The position numbers and the translations under genes are program-made. From positions 89,714,001 to 89,778,000 of the forward strand of contig NC_042997.1 of NCBI RefSeq assembly GCF_006345805.1: a stretch of 64,000 nt of DNA, in the 5' to 3' direction. The notes beneath the pieces are model-generated. The model saw only the letters and a program-made list of their open reading frames with translations, searched no databases and was not told the DNA's origin. This document shows, piece by piece, positions 11,791 to 26,400 of the stretch (positions within the stretch are counted from its first letter, which is position 1; each line of letters opens with the position of its first letter). This stretch comes from Octopus sinensis. Taxonomy: Eukaryota.

Positions 11791-14067
11791 ATAATAATGA
11801 TGATAATGATAACAATAACAAATTGATTTCTTTTAATTAGGCATAAATAAGGACATTACTATAAGAGTGGGTTACTTGAGAATGCATTTACCCTTACTAT
11901 TTTACTGGTATTTATTTTATCGAACCTAGTAGCATATGAATACAGAAACTTCAACAGCTAATTAAATTCTATAGTATGTCAGTCTTGTGTGCTATCATTT
12001 GTCTCAATTCACCACCCATGATGCTGCTGCTTATCATTATAGTAATGTAGTGATAGTCATAACATGTTCTGAGTAGCAGCAATATGTATGTTGGCTATTA
12101 TTTTTTTCCTTGTTGTGACTAGGAATAAATTACCCCTCCAGATTGAAACAAGGGTAAAACAGTATGTATGTTAAGGATCAAGCTGTTCACAAGATCTTTT
12201 CTTTAAAATTTTACATAGTGAAATACATTGCAACATTTTGAAAATTTGTGGTAAGTAGAATCTGTTTCATGAATTCATAAAACAGATGCAACTCCCCACC
12301 AGCTTACCTTCTAGTCTGTGGTGGTTTCCTTTTATACAATATCTTAGTAATGCTGCTATTGTAGTTTTATATTTGATGAAAAGCAACCTACCTGCTAGCT
12401 ACACACTGTTTAGATACACCTTCACTTATATACTCACTCAATACATTGTTTATTTTATTTGTACATGGTTCTGTTTAGTCTAAGTTCATCAGCCTGTTTT
12501 TTCATGATCCATTTTGGCATTGTAAAGAATGAAAAAATGAAAGACAAAACAGATTAATGACATGATGAAATCCAGCTTCAGATCAATCTATAAACTCTTA
12601 TTAATTTAATCATAGTTATTATCGTTACTAAAGAGTTAGGGTGTGACAAGAAAGAAACTTGTAATATATCATTATATATCCTTATGTTTAGTGTTGAGAT
12701 CTCATTAGCATCTGACAGTCATTTCTGTTTTCATATTTTGTCATGGGTCTGATGGAACTTGTTGAGGCAGATTTTCTATGGCCAAATGCCCATCCTGTTG
12801 CTAAACTTCACCTGTTTCCATGCAAGGTAATATTTTCTTGTAACCAGGTATGTTTTTCATGGAAAACTGGAACTGAACAACCCCACTAGTATGGCAGTGA
12901 TGCTCATTTACAACCATCACATGATATCTAGACAGAGGTATACATTACACATATACAACAGCTTTATCAGTTCCCGTCTACTAAATTCATTCACAATGCT
13001 TTCATCAGTCTTGGTTTATAGTAGAAGATCTCTAGTGAAACTGAACCTTTGACCACATGGTTGGGAAGTAAGCCATGTCAGCATCTATCTTACATTATGT
13101 GCCATAGTATTAATCTACTCTAGATATCTTTAACAATTTTTGTTCTGTTACATTTTTAGCTTCTGAGTTCTGCCCAAGCCCCCCTATTTCTTTTTAAAGT
13201 AGTTTTAATGATTTCCTGGCAAGCAATCCAATTTCTCTTTGAATTTGTTTCTATTCTACCGAAGTTCTTCAATCTTTTCTATTGAAAATGTATTTTATCC
13301 TTCAATGTGGCATTCTTTCAAATATATTAATTTAATCAATGACCTTCTCTGATTTAATTCAGCAAATTGAATGACTCTTTAGCTTTAGCATTTCATGCTA
13401 TCATTTTATGAAAGGCAATCTTAGCCACTTCCTAGAGTACAGCTGAGCTAACCTTGGAACTGTGCTCTATTTCCATGAACCATATTCATATTGAAGAAAT
13501 CTCCACCACATACTTGTTGCTGACAATTATATCTAATTATATTTCCTAAAAGCATCATTACCTTATTGTAGCTAAATCTTCTGAAGAAATCTAACCTTTA
13601 CAGTACTGATTACTTGCTTGATTCTACTTGACTGTAGTTTAATACTGAAATAGGCATGTGCTTTACATATATCTAATCTGTATCAATCATTGGGATGGAA
13701 TATGTTAAACTTCGAAAATGCACACTTCATGCAACCATGTATAATTTTCTTTGTACATGTTTTAATATATAATTTTTTCTTTTCTGTATAACTCTTGTGC
13801 TTGTATTTATATATCAGTTACTATGATTAAACCCTTTACCTTCTCATAGTTTTCTTTTGTACCTTTTTTCTCTTTTTTGTTTTTTTGTTTTTTGTAAGAC
13901 TATCAGTTGTTAAGGATTTGAAATTTTAGAACTAACTCTGTGATGACAATGTTGCTAACTTTAAAAAAGTCATTCTTGGTGATACAGAAGGCATGTTCAC
14001 TTGTATCACTTCTATTACTTCTATTATTAATTTTGGATAAGTTAAGAGATTTGCTGTCCTTTTTTTT

Positions 14068-14270
14068 GGCCATATCTGGCCCGAATATTCTGCCTGTTTT
14101 ATTTTCAAACTAGCCTGATCCAGCCTCTCCCTATCCTACAATATCATACTAAAAATAAACAATCACATCATCAAAATCTCAAAGCTACGAGGTAAGGTAT
14201 GATTAATTCAAAACAATGTGAATAAACAAGTATTACATTTGACAGAGTAATCTGAATGGTAAAAGGTTAA
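14068..14270. mobile_element. piggyBac-type MITE fragment (family shared with 39611-39819 and ~45657-45730)
   Basis: Shared internal sequence GATTAATTCAAAACAATGTGAATAAA...AATCTGAATG, ending in AAAGGTTAA. Confidence 0.6.
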
Positions 14271-16586
14271 ACCTATTTATGCTCTTCTGTTATTGTTATT
14301 TAGCTTCAAATCAACTCTGATCAAGCAGAACTATGATCAGAAGTATTCCAGCCATGATCTTACCATCTTTTTAGACACATACTTAGAACAACATTACCTA
14401 ATGTCTTCTTCATTTAAGTTAGTGGGGTGTAATTTGAGGAATATTTGGTTCCTGTTTCTAGCAAGTTGAATGACTGTATAGAGACTTTCCTGTATTTTAA
14501 TGTCATATGTAGCATAGTTCTGTCTATCATTTGCTTCATGTTTTAATAATTCAATTTGTATAGATTGTATAGGAATAAATGATTCAATTAACTGCCAATA
14601 GCATTTTTTTTACTGTTATTTCAATAATTATATATTATATATAATTATAATTATATTCAGTGATGTTTTTTTTTAATTATCTTTTCTGGAACTTATTTAT
14701 ATTAAATATATCTTGTCTGGAATTTGAGTTCTATACAACTTTTTTTCAGAGATTGTGTATATATGTATTCAATGATTTGCTATGAATATAACCCCCTTAA
14801 ATTCTGATCACAAGTTATCTTGTTGCTCTACCTCATTTTTCGACAAAACTATCTTACAACTATTTGGTTAAAATGAGTGATATCAAAACAGTAGCTAATA
14901 TCTTTATGTAAATATTTATGCTTTCCAATGATGTTCCTTCCCCATAATATTCCTTCTGATTTTTGAAATTTTATTATTCATGTCTTTTAAATTCCTTGCA
15001 TCTGTGGATCCTTTTCGGCTTGCAATCAAGTGCTGAAAAAGCCCTAAATCTGTCTGTTTGTAGTGATGGCATCTTCTCAACATAACAAGAACTACATTAA
15101 TAAATCTAGACTCTTGAGACTGAACTATTATAGTTTTCATATTGTCTAATATAATTCTATTGTCTACCATATTTCTGAGATAATCTCAATAGGCTAGCTA
15201 CATGCTATGGTACAACTCATTTCAAGCCCCAATTTTGTATTTACTTCATCCTTTTGAAATCGGTTTCCTCATTTTATATTTTTGGTTTAATATTATTACT
15301 ATGTCTTCTGCTGATATTAAGATTGTGCATGCGTTCTGCCTATTAGTTTCTTGTCTTGTATGATGTGATTTTGTAGAAGTTGCTGTCATGTAATTTAATG
15401 CTGCACCAAAGAATACAATCTTTTCCCATGATGCATCATTTTCCATATATTGAATTGCCTTCAGCATAGTTGATGTTTGCCAATATCTGTCTCTTGTTTA
15501 TTGCTCTCCAAATGTAGGTTTTTCTTTTTGAAATATGTTCAGTTTTCTTTTAATTATTTGTCAAACACCATAACCAAGTAGTTATTGTTATATGACTAAT
15601 CAGTATAGTTTAGGTTTTTTTAGTCGGTATCTGATATAATGGCACTGTCTGGTTTAATATGATGTGAAAAGCTCAGAGAATATAGTCTCTGGAGTCAAGA
15701 TAGCTTTCTCAATGTTACTTTTTCTTTTATAATTGAGTTTACTTTAATTCTTCTTTGAATATTATTAGTCCAGAGATTCATTTCTTTCAGTGCTCATTTG
15801 CTAATCAAAGCAGTCTATTACATTTTTTAAATATTTTAAGTAAAATCTTAGTTGAAAATGTTATATCATCATCATCATCATCATTTAATGTCTGTATTGC
15901 ATGCTGGTATAGAGTGGACAATTTTGATAGGATCCAATTTAGTCAGGGAGTTGTGTGTTAAGCTTGAATGTCTGCTTAAGCAAGGTTTTTTTCAGCTGGA
16001 TATCCTAACTAATACAAACCTCTTAATGGTGTGTGTCATTATCATCTTCATCATCATCATTTAACATCTGTTTTCCATGCTGGCATGGGTTGTGTACACA
16101 TGTACGCATGCACACGTGTGTGTGTGTGTGTGTGTAAAAAGATTTCAATTGAGGGTAAACGGTTGTGTTCCAAAGCTATATGCAAATAAATAATATAGCT
16201 ATTCCAATTTTATGGAATAATTATGAACTGTCAATAATTTTGGATTTAATTAAAACTATAGGTAGTCTATCCTTGTTTGAAATATGTGGTCATGAAAGTA
16301 TTGGTGAATTGGAAGTTTAAACTTTACTGAAGCTAAAGTTAAACAATTTACCTAACTTTCTTTAGTCTACCAAGCTGAAAAAGACACATCACTTTTCCTT
16401 CATAGGAGTTCAGATGCAGAAAATATGTTCCAATAGCAACAGACCTTTCTTGGTGAGTGGGGATGGTGTAAGATGGAAGAGCGGTTATCTTCATATGTTG
16501 GATTAGTCAATTATTCCTCTTGTTGAACTTAATAATGTAATATTGAATTTAACATATATCTTTTTATACCTCTTATATATAGTATA

Positions 16587-19408
16587 CTAGCAGAGGCACC
16601 TGGTGTTGCCCAGGAATGAAATTGTTCCTTATATATTGGAATAAAAAAGCAAAATATGTTGTATAGAAATTTGCTATTCTAAATTCAATTTATTCTTCAA
16701 TTGGGATACAATTAATTTATTCTAATAAATTTTTTCATTATACAAAATAATAATAATAATAATAAAAAATGAAAATACAAAATTTACCACTTTTATGAAG
16801 GGAAATAAATTCTATCACATATGTTGAAGGAAATTACGTAAGAGCTTATGGGTAAAGAACATTCTTTGTTTTCTGGTTTGGAGCATAGACAAATAAGTCT
16901 TGTAAATTACCTACCCTGGAGCGACTAACATAAAATTGACCATGAGAAAAGCAAGGTTCAATCAAGTGCAAGCCAGTAGATTTCAAAGTTTGGCCTTGAG
17001 CTTTACTAATAGACATTGCGAAGCAAAGTCACTCTGGGAATTGTGTTCTTTTGAACTCAAATGGCATGTCTGCTGGTTTGATTGGAATTTTTGGAATGAA
17101 AACCTCTTTCCCAGAGGCATATCCAGTGATGATGGTAGCTTCTATCCCCTTAGGTGATAATGTCTTTACAATCAACCTTGTCCCATTGCATAATTTAGGA
17201 GGATCTAAATTTCTTATAAGCATTATTAGGACTCCTATCTTCAGAAAAAAGTTTATGTGGAGGAGTTGGGTAATGGACAGCTTGATTTGTATCAAGGACT
17301 GAATCAATTAATTTGTACTCCTCAATGACTGTTGGAATCTTATGCATTAATTTATGGTTAATCCAGGTTACTGTCTCATTTTTAGGAGCAAGAATTGTCC
17401 TTTCACACAACCATTTATGTGAATTATAATTATTACTTAAGTCTGGAAATACCTTGTTCCTTCATTCAGCTGGGGAATTCACCATGATAGCAATATGAAC
17501 CAAATTGATATCATCATTCCTATCAAATGGTACTTTCTCATTTCCTAATTGGAGGAGCCAAGTTGAAAACTGGTCTGCACATTGGTCCCCATGTAATAAA
17601 GCTCACATGTTAGTATTGAAGGAGAATTTCTGTACTTTATTCCACAGGTGTGAAGACTTAATGCATGCTTTTATTTCATCAGATTTTGTTCATCTCTGAA
17701 TGACTGGTAATGTCTGTCTGAAGTCTCATGATAAAGCTAATGTAACTCCTCCAATAGATTTATTGTTGCCTCTTATGTCTTGTCTTATCAAGAGCTTCCA
17801 TTGCACCTCTATGTGACATGGTGCATTCATCCCAAATGATCAGGTGACATTGGCACAACACTTCTGCTGAACCTGAATCTTTGCTTATGTTACAAATTGG
17901 ACTGTTGTTTGTGACAAGGTTTTGCAGTAATTTAAATGTAGAATGAGCTGTTTGTCCTCCTCGGAGAAGAGTGGCAACAATGCCAGACAATGCTACAATT
18001 GCAATTCTCTTTTAATGCCTTACTTTGAAGAGAAGCAGTGTTGCTACAAATGTCTTACCTGTGCCACCAGAAGCATCAAGAAAGAAAATTTCTCTTCTTT
18101 TTTTCTCTGACTGACAAAATAATTTTATCATGTGTGCAGTGTTGTCTTGGAAGAAGTTTAGGTTCATGTTCATTCACAAATGCAGCCAAGTCTGTGATGT
18201 CATAATTTGTCTCTCTTGCTATGTCTCTTGAAGTTAAATCACTTTGATTTAAATTTGAGTCCAGGGCCGGACTCTTGCAAATTATTGCCTCCCATGGCCA
18301 AAACTTGATCTTCAAGTGCTTGGTTGAAAATTGTTTCAAAGAACTGAATATTGATCTCTGAGTTAAACTGTTGAGCTGCATACTTTAAGTCCTCAGTCAT
18401 GTCCTCACAATGTTTCATCCAAAGCTGTAAGGAACTGCCAAGTTGACACATGTTCAGTATAATTGTAAAAAGGTTATGGAGTTTCCTTGGAGAATCTGAT
18501 ACTGTTGCTCCAGTCAATGCAAGGTCCCAATGCTCATCATTTTCTAAAAAACTTTGTTGATAACATGCTTCCCTATAAGTTTCACACACATGACCATTTA
18601 CTCTCCTTGAATCTTGGATTGATTTGGGTCCATGTACTTTATGCAAAAGAAGCTGTAAGTAGTAACATTCTGCTTGGCTTGGGTGGACAGTGTAAACTCT
18701 TGCAAGAGTGTCAGACTCATGTTTCCTCTTGTGTCATTTATTGTTTCCCCAGGTGTAATACTTGGGTAATTGTGGGTAGAGGAGTTTTCTTGCATCTTCA
18801 TCTACTTGACAACTTAAAAAAGGTGGTAAGGGTAGTTTCTTTTGGAGAAAGTGCTTGTTCCAAGGCTGTTTGTTTTGTAAAGCTAACCCTGTGGCCATTC
18901 TCTAGATGGACACTCAGATGAATGATGGCTGGGTGCCTCTTATGAATGGGTAAATTGAAGATGCAACAAAAAGCCTCATTGGTACTGATGTATCTTCCTT
19001 TGTCATACTGTGCAACTTCGTCATTCTTATTCATCTGCTGACTGCCATTCTGTATAAGAATGTCTGTTGCAGCATCTAAACCTTTGTTTATATATTTACA
19101 AACATACATAATAGAGTTGCAGAATTCAACATTGACTCTGGTTACCTGTACTCATCTTTGCTTCACTGTAGAATACCGATCATCTACATCTGTCCCACCT
19201 CCTCTTGTAGAGAGGGAGAACATTGTTCTTGGAAACTTTTTTGAAAATTAAAATGGGGATTAAATGAAAAAATGAGTTATGTGGATATCTTCACAAGAGT
19301 GATTGAAGTAAATGGTGAATGTGGAATGCCCCGTGCACACACGTGTGCATGCACACACACACATGCACACTCACACAGGATATCAAACATCAGGTGAAAT
19401 GGGTGTAT

Positions 19409-19439
<31 letters not shown>

Positions 19440-19909
19440 GGTGTGTTTTCATGTATACATACATACATAAATATGCATACATTTTTTGTATGTAAGTGTG
19501 CGCATGTGTGTGAGAGAGTGCTACTTAGACATCATTCTCTCTCTGTCTCACATGCACACACGCATTACAAAAAAAGATGTATGCATATGTATTTATCTTT
19601 GTATACATGACAACATACCCCTTCACTCTCTCTCTCTCTCTCTCTCATACACGCACATAAATGTATACAAACGTACATACAAAAACGTGTGCATGACTAC
19701 AAATACATAGAGCTGAACACGGTGCACAAAAGGTAAATAAATAGAAACATTTTACAGAAATTAATGAAGTGTGTGGGTTCAAGCGAAAGAGTGCCCATAT
19801 TTTTTTTAGATGTCCCATGTTGAATTGCAAAATTGTAATGTGATATTTGTGTAATAATGAAATCAAACCTGGAGTGTGTGTGTGTGTGTGTATGTGTTTG
19901 TGTGTGTGT

Positions 19910-19941
<32 letters not shown>

Positions 19942-20379
19942 ACATTGTAAACAATGGATGAAATAAACATGAAATGAAAAAATTGTATAAATAAAATCTC
20001 GTTGAAAACTATCTTGTACTGAATATTTAAATTTGTGAACTTGGTAAATATTTCTTTCAGTAATTTATCGTAGTTTTTTGCAAATAGTGAATTAAAACTT
20101 GAAATGAAAATGTTAAAATAGAGAGTGAGAGGTTTTGCAAATGAAAACGGAAAATTTCGCTGTTGCTATGTCAATACTGGTAGTTGTCATTGAGAAACCT
20201 TTTTAAAGAAATGAATCATATATATAAAACAATACTATTTATTTTTAATAAAAAAATAAACTGAAGACCCTAGGTCAAATTATTCATGCATTCCAAGTAT
20301 GGAAGCAATTTGTGCTGCTGTTTCCGTGTGAAAAGCAAATACACACACACATGGGTCTATTTTATATAAGAGATAAGAT
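16587..20379 (-). mobile_element. Degenerate, internally deleted Helitron with both termini
   Basis: 3' end on the minus strand: hairpin CCTGG-gcaaca-CCAGG (16599-16614), an 8-nt spacer, CTAG, then T. The 5' end looks like A|TCTTATCTCTTATATAAAA...GTGTGTGT near 20374-20379. RepHel coding relics lie between the termini. Confidence 0.85.
16834..19250 (-). pseudogene. Helitron Rep-PIF1 helicase (RepHel) pseudogene, multiple frameshifts and stops
   Basis: ORF fragments: KYINKG...DEVAQYDKGRYISTNEAF...HPAIIHLSVHLE; VHGPKS...TYREAC...DEHW; SGIVATLLRGGQTAHSTFKL...IIWDECTMSH; MLIRNLDPPKLCNGTRL...FIPKIP...FEFKRTQFP; FSHGQFYVSRSRV. Confidence 0.92.
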
Positions 20380-22315
20380 ATCACGCAAGTGAGTTAATAT
20401 GGTACAGGAAGGACAATTAGCTAAGAGCTTAATTGTTTGTATCCTGTCATCAACACTCCATGTTTCTAACCAAGGTATTTATTTCTGAACTGTTGATTCC
20501 ACCAAGTTCTAAGTTGGTACCACAGGTAGTATAACTGATTGCTTCAAGCAATGCACCATTGCACTGTGGAAGTGACAAGTTGTAGTTATTTACTGGTTTA
20601 CACTGATGAATCCAGTCCTCTCATGAGAATAGGGAAAGCTTTTTGTAATAGACCAACATCCTAGCCAAGGGAAGATTTATGTCAGATCTGTTTAATACCA
20701 TGAAGGCTGAACTTAAAAATTGGCTTCATGTAACCTTGTAATTTGGAAAATAATAATTACAACAGGGCATATAACACACTTCCTTATTGTAGCAGTATTA
20801 AATGAGGAAGCCTTGCTAGGCTTAGAATATTGACAATCATTGATATTCTTTGGCAAGGGCAATATTGATTTTAGTTTTGCTTTGATGCTTCTTGTTTTTC
20901 TTATGCATAAATTTCCTTTAGTTTTTGTTAATGTATTTTAAATAAGTCATTGGTGTTGATATATGCATCAAGAAAATTTTTTTCATATTTCTATGCATTG
21001 TGAAGGTTTGAAGAAAGATTTCTTTTTGGGTTATTAGTTTTTTTCCTGTAGTCTTAAACTAACCTTGCTTTTAGTATTCTTACTGAAAGTTGTTAGTATT
21101 TAGCCCCATGTCATCCCCTATTGATCAAGTATTTATTCTAGTCATAATCATCATATACCTTTTTTCGAATCATTATGTATTTAAAACTACATTATTCAAT
21201 GTGTCATTTCTTTTTTGAGATAGTAGGATATAATTGGACAGAGATTTAGTTACTATTTCTAACCAGTCACACAAGCCTGATACAGCATCTATTTATTCTC
21301 TGTTTGTGTTGTAAACTCATTTTCTTGCTGTTTGTCCTTGAACATATTCCTTGTTATGAAGCCTAATTATGAAATTTTTACTTAATAGGATATTCCTATA
21401 GTTTTTGCTTCTAAACATGAAATCTTATCCTGTAATAGAACTGACATTGTTGCTATTGCTCTTATTTACAAATGTATAAGTTCATTGTACCCACTCCTGC
21501 TGTTTGAGAAAAAGCTGAATTAACTTTATACAATCAGGTTATCCCCTTACATATGACCACTTCATTCTGTGTCATGCAATATTATAAAATATAATTTTTT
21601 ATTTTCTTAATCTCACACACACCTCTCAATGATATGTTTCAATGTTATTTGTTGATTTGCTGTTATTTGTTTTAGTCCTTTTGTGTGCTGGTATGTACTT
21701 GTTAACTTGAATAAACAAGAATATCATGAATTTGAAAGTAATTTGTTTCCTGAATGGAAGTTAGAACTGATCTGCCTAGTTTATAGTAGCTAAGATAGAT
21801 TTATTGATAGCAATGACTGCTCTGTTGAACCAGTCAGTCGTGGCTAAGGCTGATCTGAGATTGAATGTTAAAATTGATTAATAATAATGTTAATCTGTGA
21901 TCATTATTGGGATGAGTGTTATCTTATGCATGATAATGCTGGTGATTTAGATAGTTCTAGGAGTGAGTGGTGTGTTCAACTATATTGGTACTTAATCCTT
22001 CAGAATCTCTATTGTAGAATCTTGATGGTGAAGTTAGATTTAGCTTTAATGTATATACATGTGTTCATTTATCTCTTTCTAAATTTATGTTATAGTACAA
22101 CTTGTAAAAGAGATATTGTTATTGTAAGTATAACAAATTATTACAATGAATGTGTGTAAACACACACACACACACCTTTTACTAAATAATTTAAAATACA
22201 CATTTGATTGTTTTATGCTAACAATCAAATGTGTAGTTAAAATTATTTAACAAAAGCTCTGTGTGTTGTGTGTGCACGCGCGCGTGTGTGTGTGTGTGCA
22301 CATCTTCATCATCAT

Positions 22316-22490
22316 CATTGTTTAATGTCTGCTTTTCATACTGGCATAGGTTGGATGGTTTGACTGAGGACTGGCAAGCCAGAAGGTTGTACCAGGCTCC
22401 AATCTGATCTGGCAAGATTTCTACAGCTTGATGCCTTCCTAATGCCAACCACTCCAAGAGTGTAGTGGGTGCTTTTCACATGCACCTGGC
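22316..22490. mobile_element. Dispersed repeat family C (core GATGCCyTTCCTAATGCCAACCAC), probably a SINE or LINE 3' end
   Basis: Homologous stretches occur at ~35230-35410, 38435-38620, 41950-42085, 42360-42510 and 60690-60810. Confidence 0.7.
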
Positions 22491-25400
22491 ACATACAGCA
22501 AGCTTCTTTCAGTTTCTTTCCACCAAATCCACTTACAACGCTTTTGTTAGCCCAAGGCCACACTAGAAGATACCAGCCCAAGGTGCTACGCAGTGGGACT
22601 GAACCATGTGGTTGGAAAGCAAGCCTCCTACCACACAGCCACTCCTGTGCCTGTTGGAATTTCATTGTTCGGGGTGTATATATATATATATATATATCTC
22701 ACCTGGCATAAAGTCACTTCCCTTAATGCTATTCACCTCCCCTTAAGGTTGAGAGGAGTCTTGTGGTTGTCAGTTACTTGGTAACCTCACCAGTGCCGGT
22801 AACATGTACAAAGCTCTCAGTAAACTGTCAAGTAAGTAGGCATTAGGAAGGTCATCCAGCTGTAGAAGCCATGCCATAATAATCTTTATTATACAATTGA
22901 TACCATTAATTGATAACTTATCTCTTTTAATCTAAATGGTTTCATTAAGAGAACAAGATGTTACTGAATCAATTACCAAGGTGAGGTAAATAATAATTTG
23001 TAGAACATGCAGTAAATCTTGCATTTGAATCTAGTGAAGGAGAATTACTTAGCTTATTTATACAGTAAGCAATTTAAAAATTAGCAATTAGAGATTTTAA
23101 CTAGTTTCTATAGTTATAGTTTACAACTGGCTGGAATTAAATCTGATTTTCTTTAACAAATTATTAGCACTCAGCAGTGTTTATGTATGAGCAGAATTAG
23201 TTAAGTTGAAATAGGTTTGTCACATATTTCAACTGCTAAAAGACAAATACACTGTAATTACCGTGGAGAAAAAAGTCTCTCTTATGGTAAAAAGATGTAA
23301 AATCACCCAGACCGTTCAGTGTCGCCATCTATTAGGAATCTCGGACATCAATGTTTCAAGCTTGTTGGCTATTTTCTTTTCTTACATTTTTTTATGCTTT
23401 TGGTTTAATCTTTTACAGGTTTCAGCCAGTAGGCTGTTGTCATTCTGTGGTAGATGGCATGATTTACAGCAATCTGTCATCATTTCATTCTCAGTGTCTT
23501 CATGATTTTAAGCATTGTTCATCTACTTCTAAATAATTTCATTTCAATGGCAACACAATGATACATGCCAAATATTCTTTGTACTATAGATACAAGGCCT
23601 GAAATTTTGTAAAGAGAAGGCTGTTCAATTACATTGATCCCAGCAGTCGTCTGGTACTCACTTTACTAGCTGCGAAAGAATGGAAGGCAAAGTCAACCTC
23701 AGTGGAATTTGAACTCAGAATGTAAAGCTGGAAGAAATGTTGCTAAGCATTTTGTCCAGCAAACTACCAACACTACCAGCTTGCCTAATTAACAAAAAGT
23801 AGTACAGCTCTGTCTTACAGCATGTGCCTTCACCTCACATTTAATTTTTCTGAATAGTTTCTATATTCATAAACTTTCCTTTTTATGCCATAATCTTCCA
23901 TCTACAATAGTACTTTATTCTGACAGGCTTTTTGTGTATATGGTATTGTGATCCTAGAGAAATGAAAAATAAAGTTGACTTGAAGTCGAATTAAGCTCAG
24001 AAAAATGAGCTTCTGAATTGTCTCCAATGAATAAAATATTTACATCTGTTCAAGGCTGATATATCTCTTAGCACAGATGAAGAATTGCCTTCGCTTCAGC
24101 ATTCTTGGCTAGATATGATTCTCATTAGAAGCTGTCAGATTTTTAGTTATGGCCATTATGTGGGGTAGGAGATGCTTTAGCTACGTATTTATTGTTCATA
24201 AGTTGGGAGCATGAGTTTTGGGTGAATGTTTCTTTAAGATGTGTGGTATTGGTGCTTTTCAGTTGAAGTAGATTAAATTATTGGATTAAAGTTTGAGAAA
24301 TGATTTGATATACATAGCCAAGGAGTGAAGTGTTGCATGTTATACACAAAAAAACTTTTTAATTAGTTGAAATTTCCAACTTAGCTGGAGAAAGGAAGCA
24401 AAAACCTAGTGTTAGTTGTCAGTGATTCACAAAAGGGGAGTGGGAGAGTTAATTTCAAGATGTTAAGGATTAACCTTAATCTTTCTAAGTTAATTTACAG
24501 GCTTAGGGAGTAAGTGTATGTTCAGGCAAGGTGAAGCTTCGGATATGTTTTGGTGTTTTAGAATTCATGTGGTTTTTTAGAATTAATCTCGACAAAATAG
24601 TCTACTCAAACTAGCTTGATCAGTTGATAAAGAATTTTATATATAGGCAGAGAGTTATGAATAAATTTTGGTTGATATAATTTGCATAATTAAAAGACTT
24701 AATAATAAAATTAAGAGAAAATAATTCAAATGAGATGTTTAGAGATTGTGTGCAAGTGGTTTTCAGTGTTGAGATTGTTCATGAATATAGCTTATATGGT
24801 GAAATTGTGAGATGAGTGTAGCAGAGAGCTGTTGCTATAGTAATATATAAGGTAGAAGAGTGAGCTCTTTTGAGGCTCATTTGATTTGTCAGAAATGACG
24901 AGTCCTGTTTGGAAACTTCTCATCCAGTTGATCAGTGTTGGATAGAGCAGAGCAATTTTGACATAAGATTTTCTCATGTCAGATGCTGTCAGCAGTTTTA
25001 TAGGTATCTTGGGGAAATATGTTCAGCTGTATTGTGTTCATACTAAGCTATGATTTATGTCAGTTTAAACTGTTCTTAACTGAAATCTGTCTTTGAGGTC
25101 TAATTATTTATAGGTTTCTCTGATTATACAATGTAATATATTTCTATTGTTGAAGTTTTCCAAACTAAGATGTTTTGACTTCCTTTCTATGAAGTATGAA
25201 ATGTAATTTCCTTGCAATTTAAATATTTGAAGCAGATACTATGGAATGTTTTGTTTACTTAGATTGATTATTTCAGAGTGTTTAATACCTCATAATAGCT
25301 GCTCATAACACTTTCTTTTTTCTTTTTGTTGATGTGTTTGCCCAAGTTCTCCAGCAAAGTGTTATTGGGCCCATATGTCAAAGATGATTAAACACCACCA

Positions 25401-26400
25401 AATTAAAGATCTCTTGACATAAAACAGGCCTTTTGGAGTAGTTTTGGAAGCTTTTATTTGGAATAGTCTTGTTTAATGATTTATATTTGTGTTTATTTAT
25501 CTTGTTTCTATTTTTTAAAATTTTATATATTTAGTGCAGCTGAAATAGAATGAAAAATAGAAAAAAAAACCCCCAACAAACCTCTCTTTGTCATAATGTT
25601 TTATTCGTTGTGTGATTTCATGTGCAACATATCCAACATATTGATGAGTTTTAGCTGTCAGATCAATATTCACTCATCTGTAAACTTTTCAAGTGCTTGA
25701 TGTCTCTGGAATTTAATCAAAGCTTTCAAGTAGTAATTGTACTTAGCCAATTGGTTTGTGCTACACTCTTTCCCAGCTTAAAGCTTCTTTAAAGCCATGT
25801 GGCATTTTTTCTGTATTGACTGTCTTATCAGCATTTTTCTTCTTGGTGACTATTTTGAATATTTTGAACTGAACCAAGATGAAAATATTTAATTTGAAAG
25901 TAACATCAAAAGGAATTTGCATATAAATGTCATGTTTAAACTTATCAAAGCAAAAGACTTACTTTAGTTTACATGACTGAGTAAAGACTGTAGTAACCAC
26001 AGTTAAGGTAATTAGATATATTTTTCACTTTTTAGATCATGCTGGTGAACTATCACTTCCATATTAATGTGTACAAAACTAAAGATCAGCTGCTGTAATT
26101 CCTTGATTCTCATAGTTTACTCCAGATATAGCTGGTATTGTTAAAAAGTTTGCTTTGCAATGATATGTATCTGTTTTTTTTTTTTTTTTTTTTTTGTTTT
26201 TTTAATTATAGTCAGGGTGGGGTCAGCAGTACTCATTATTATCTTTGCTGGCTCTCTGAGACAGGAGATTGATGTAGTTGATGTTCAACACTTTAACATT
26301 CAAATTACTCTGTCAAATAAAGAAAAGGGTATATATACATATACATATGTGTGTGTGTGTGTGTGTGTGCATGCATGTGCGCACGTGTGTGTGTGTGTAA

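Noticed and set aside
14916-15750. Minus-strand ORFs with a coding-like composition
   Set aside because: Possibly an old retroelement relic, but no diagnostic motif was recognised.
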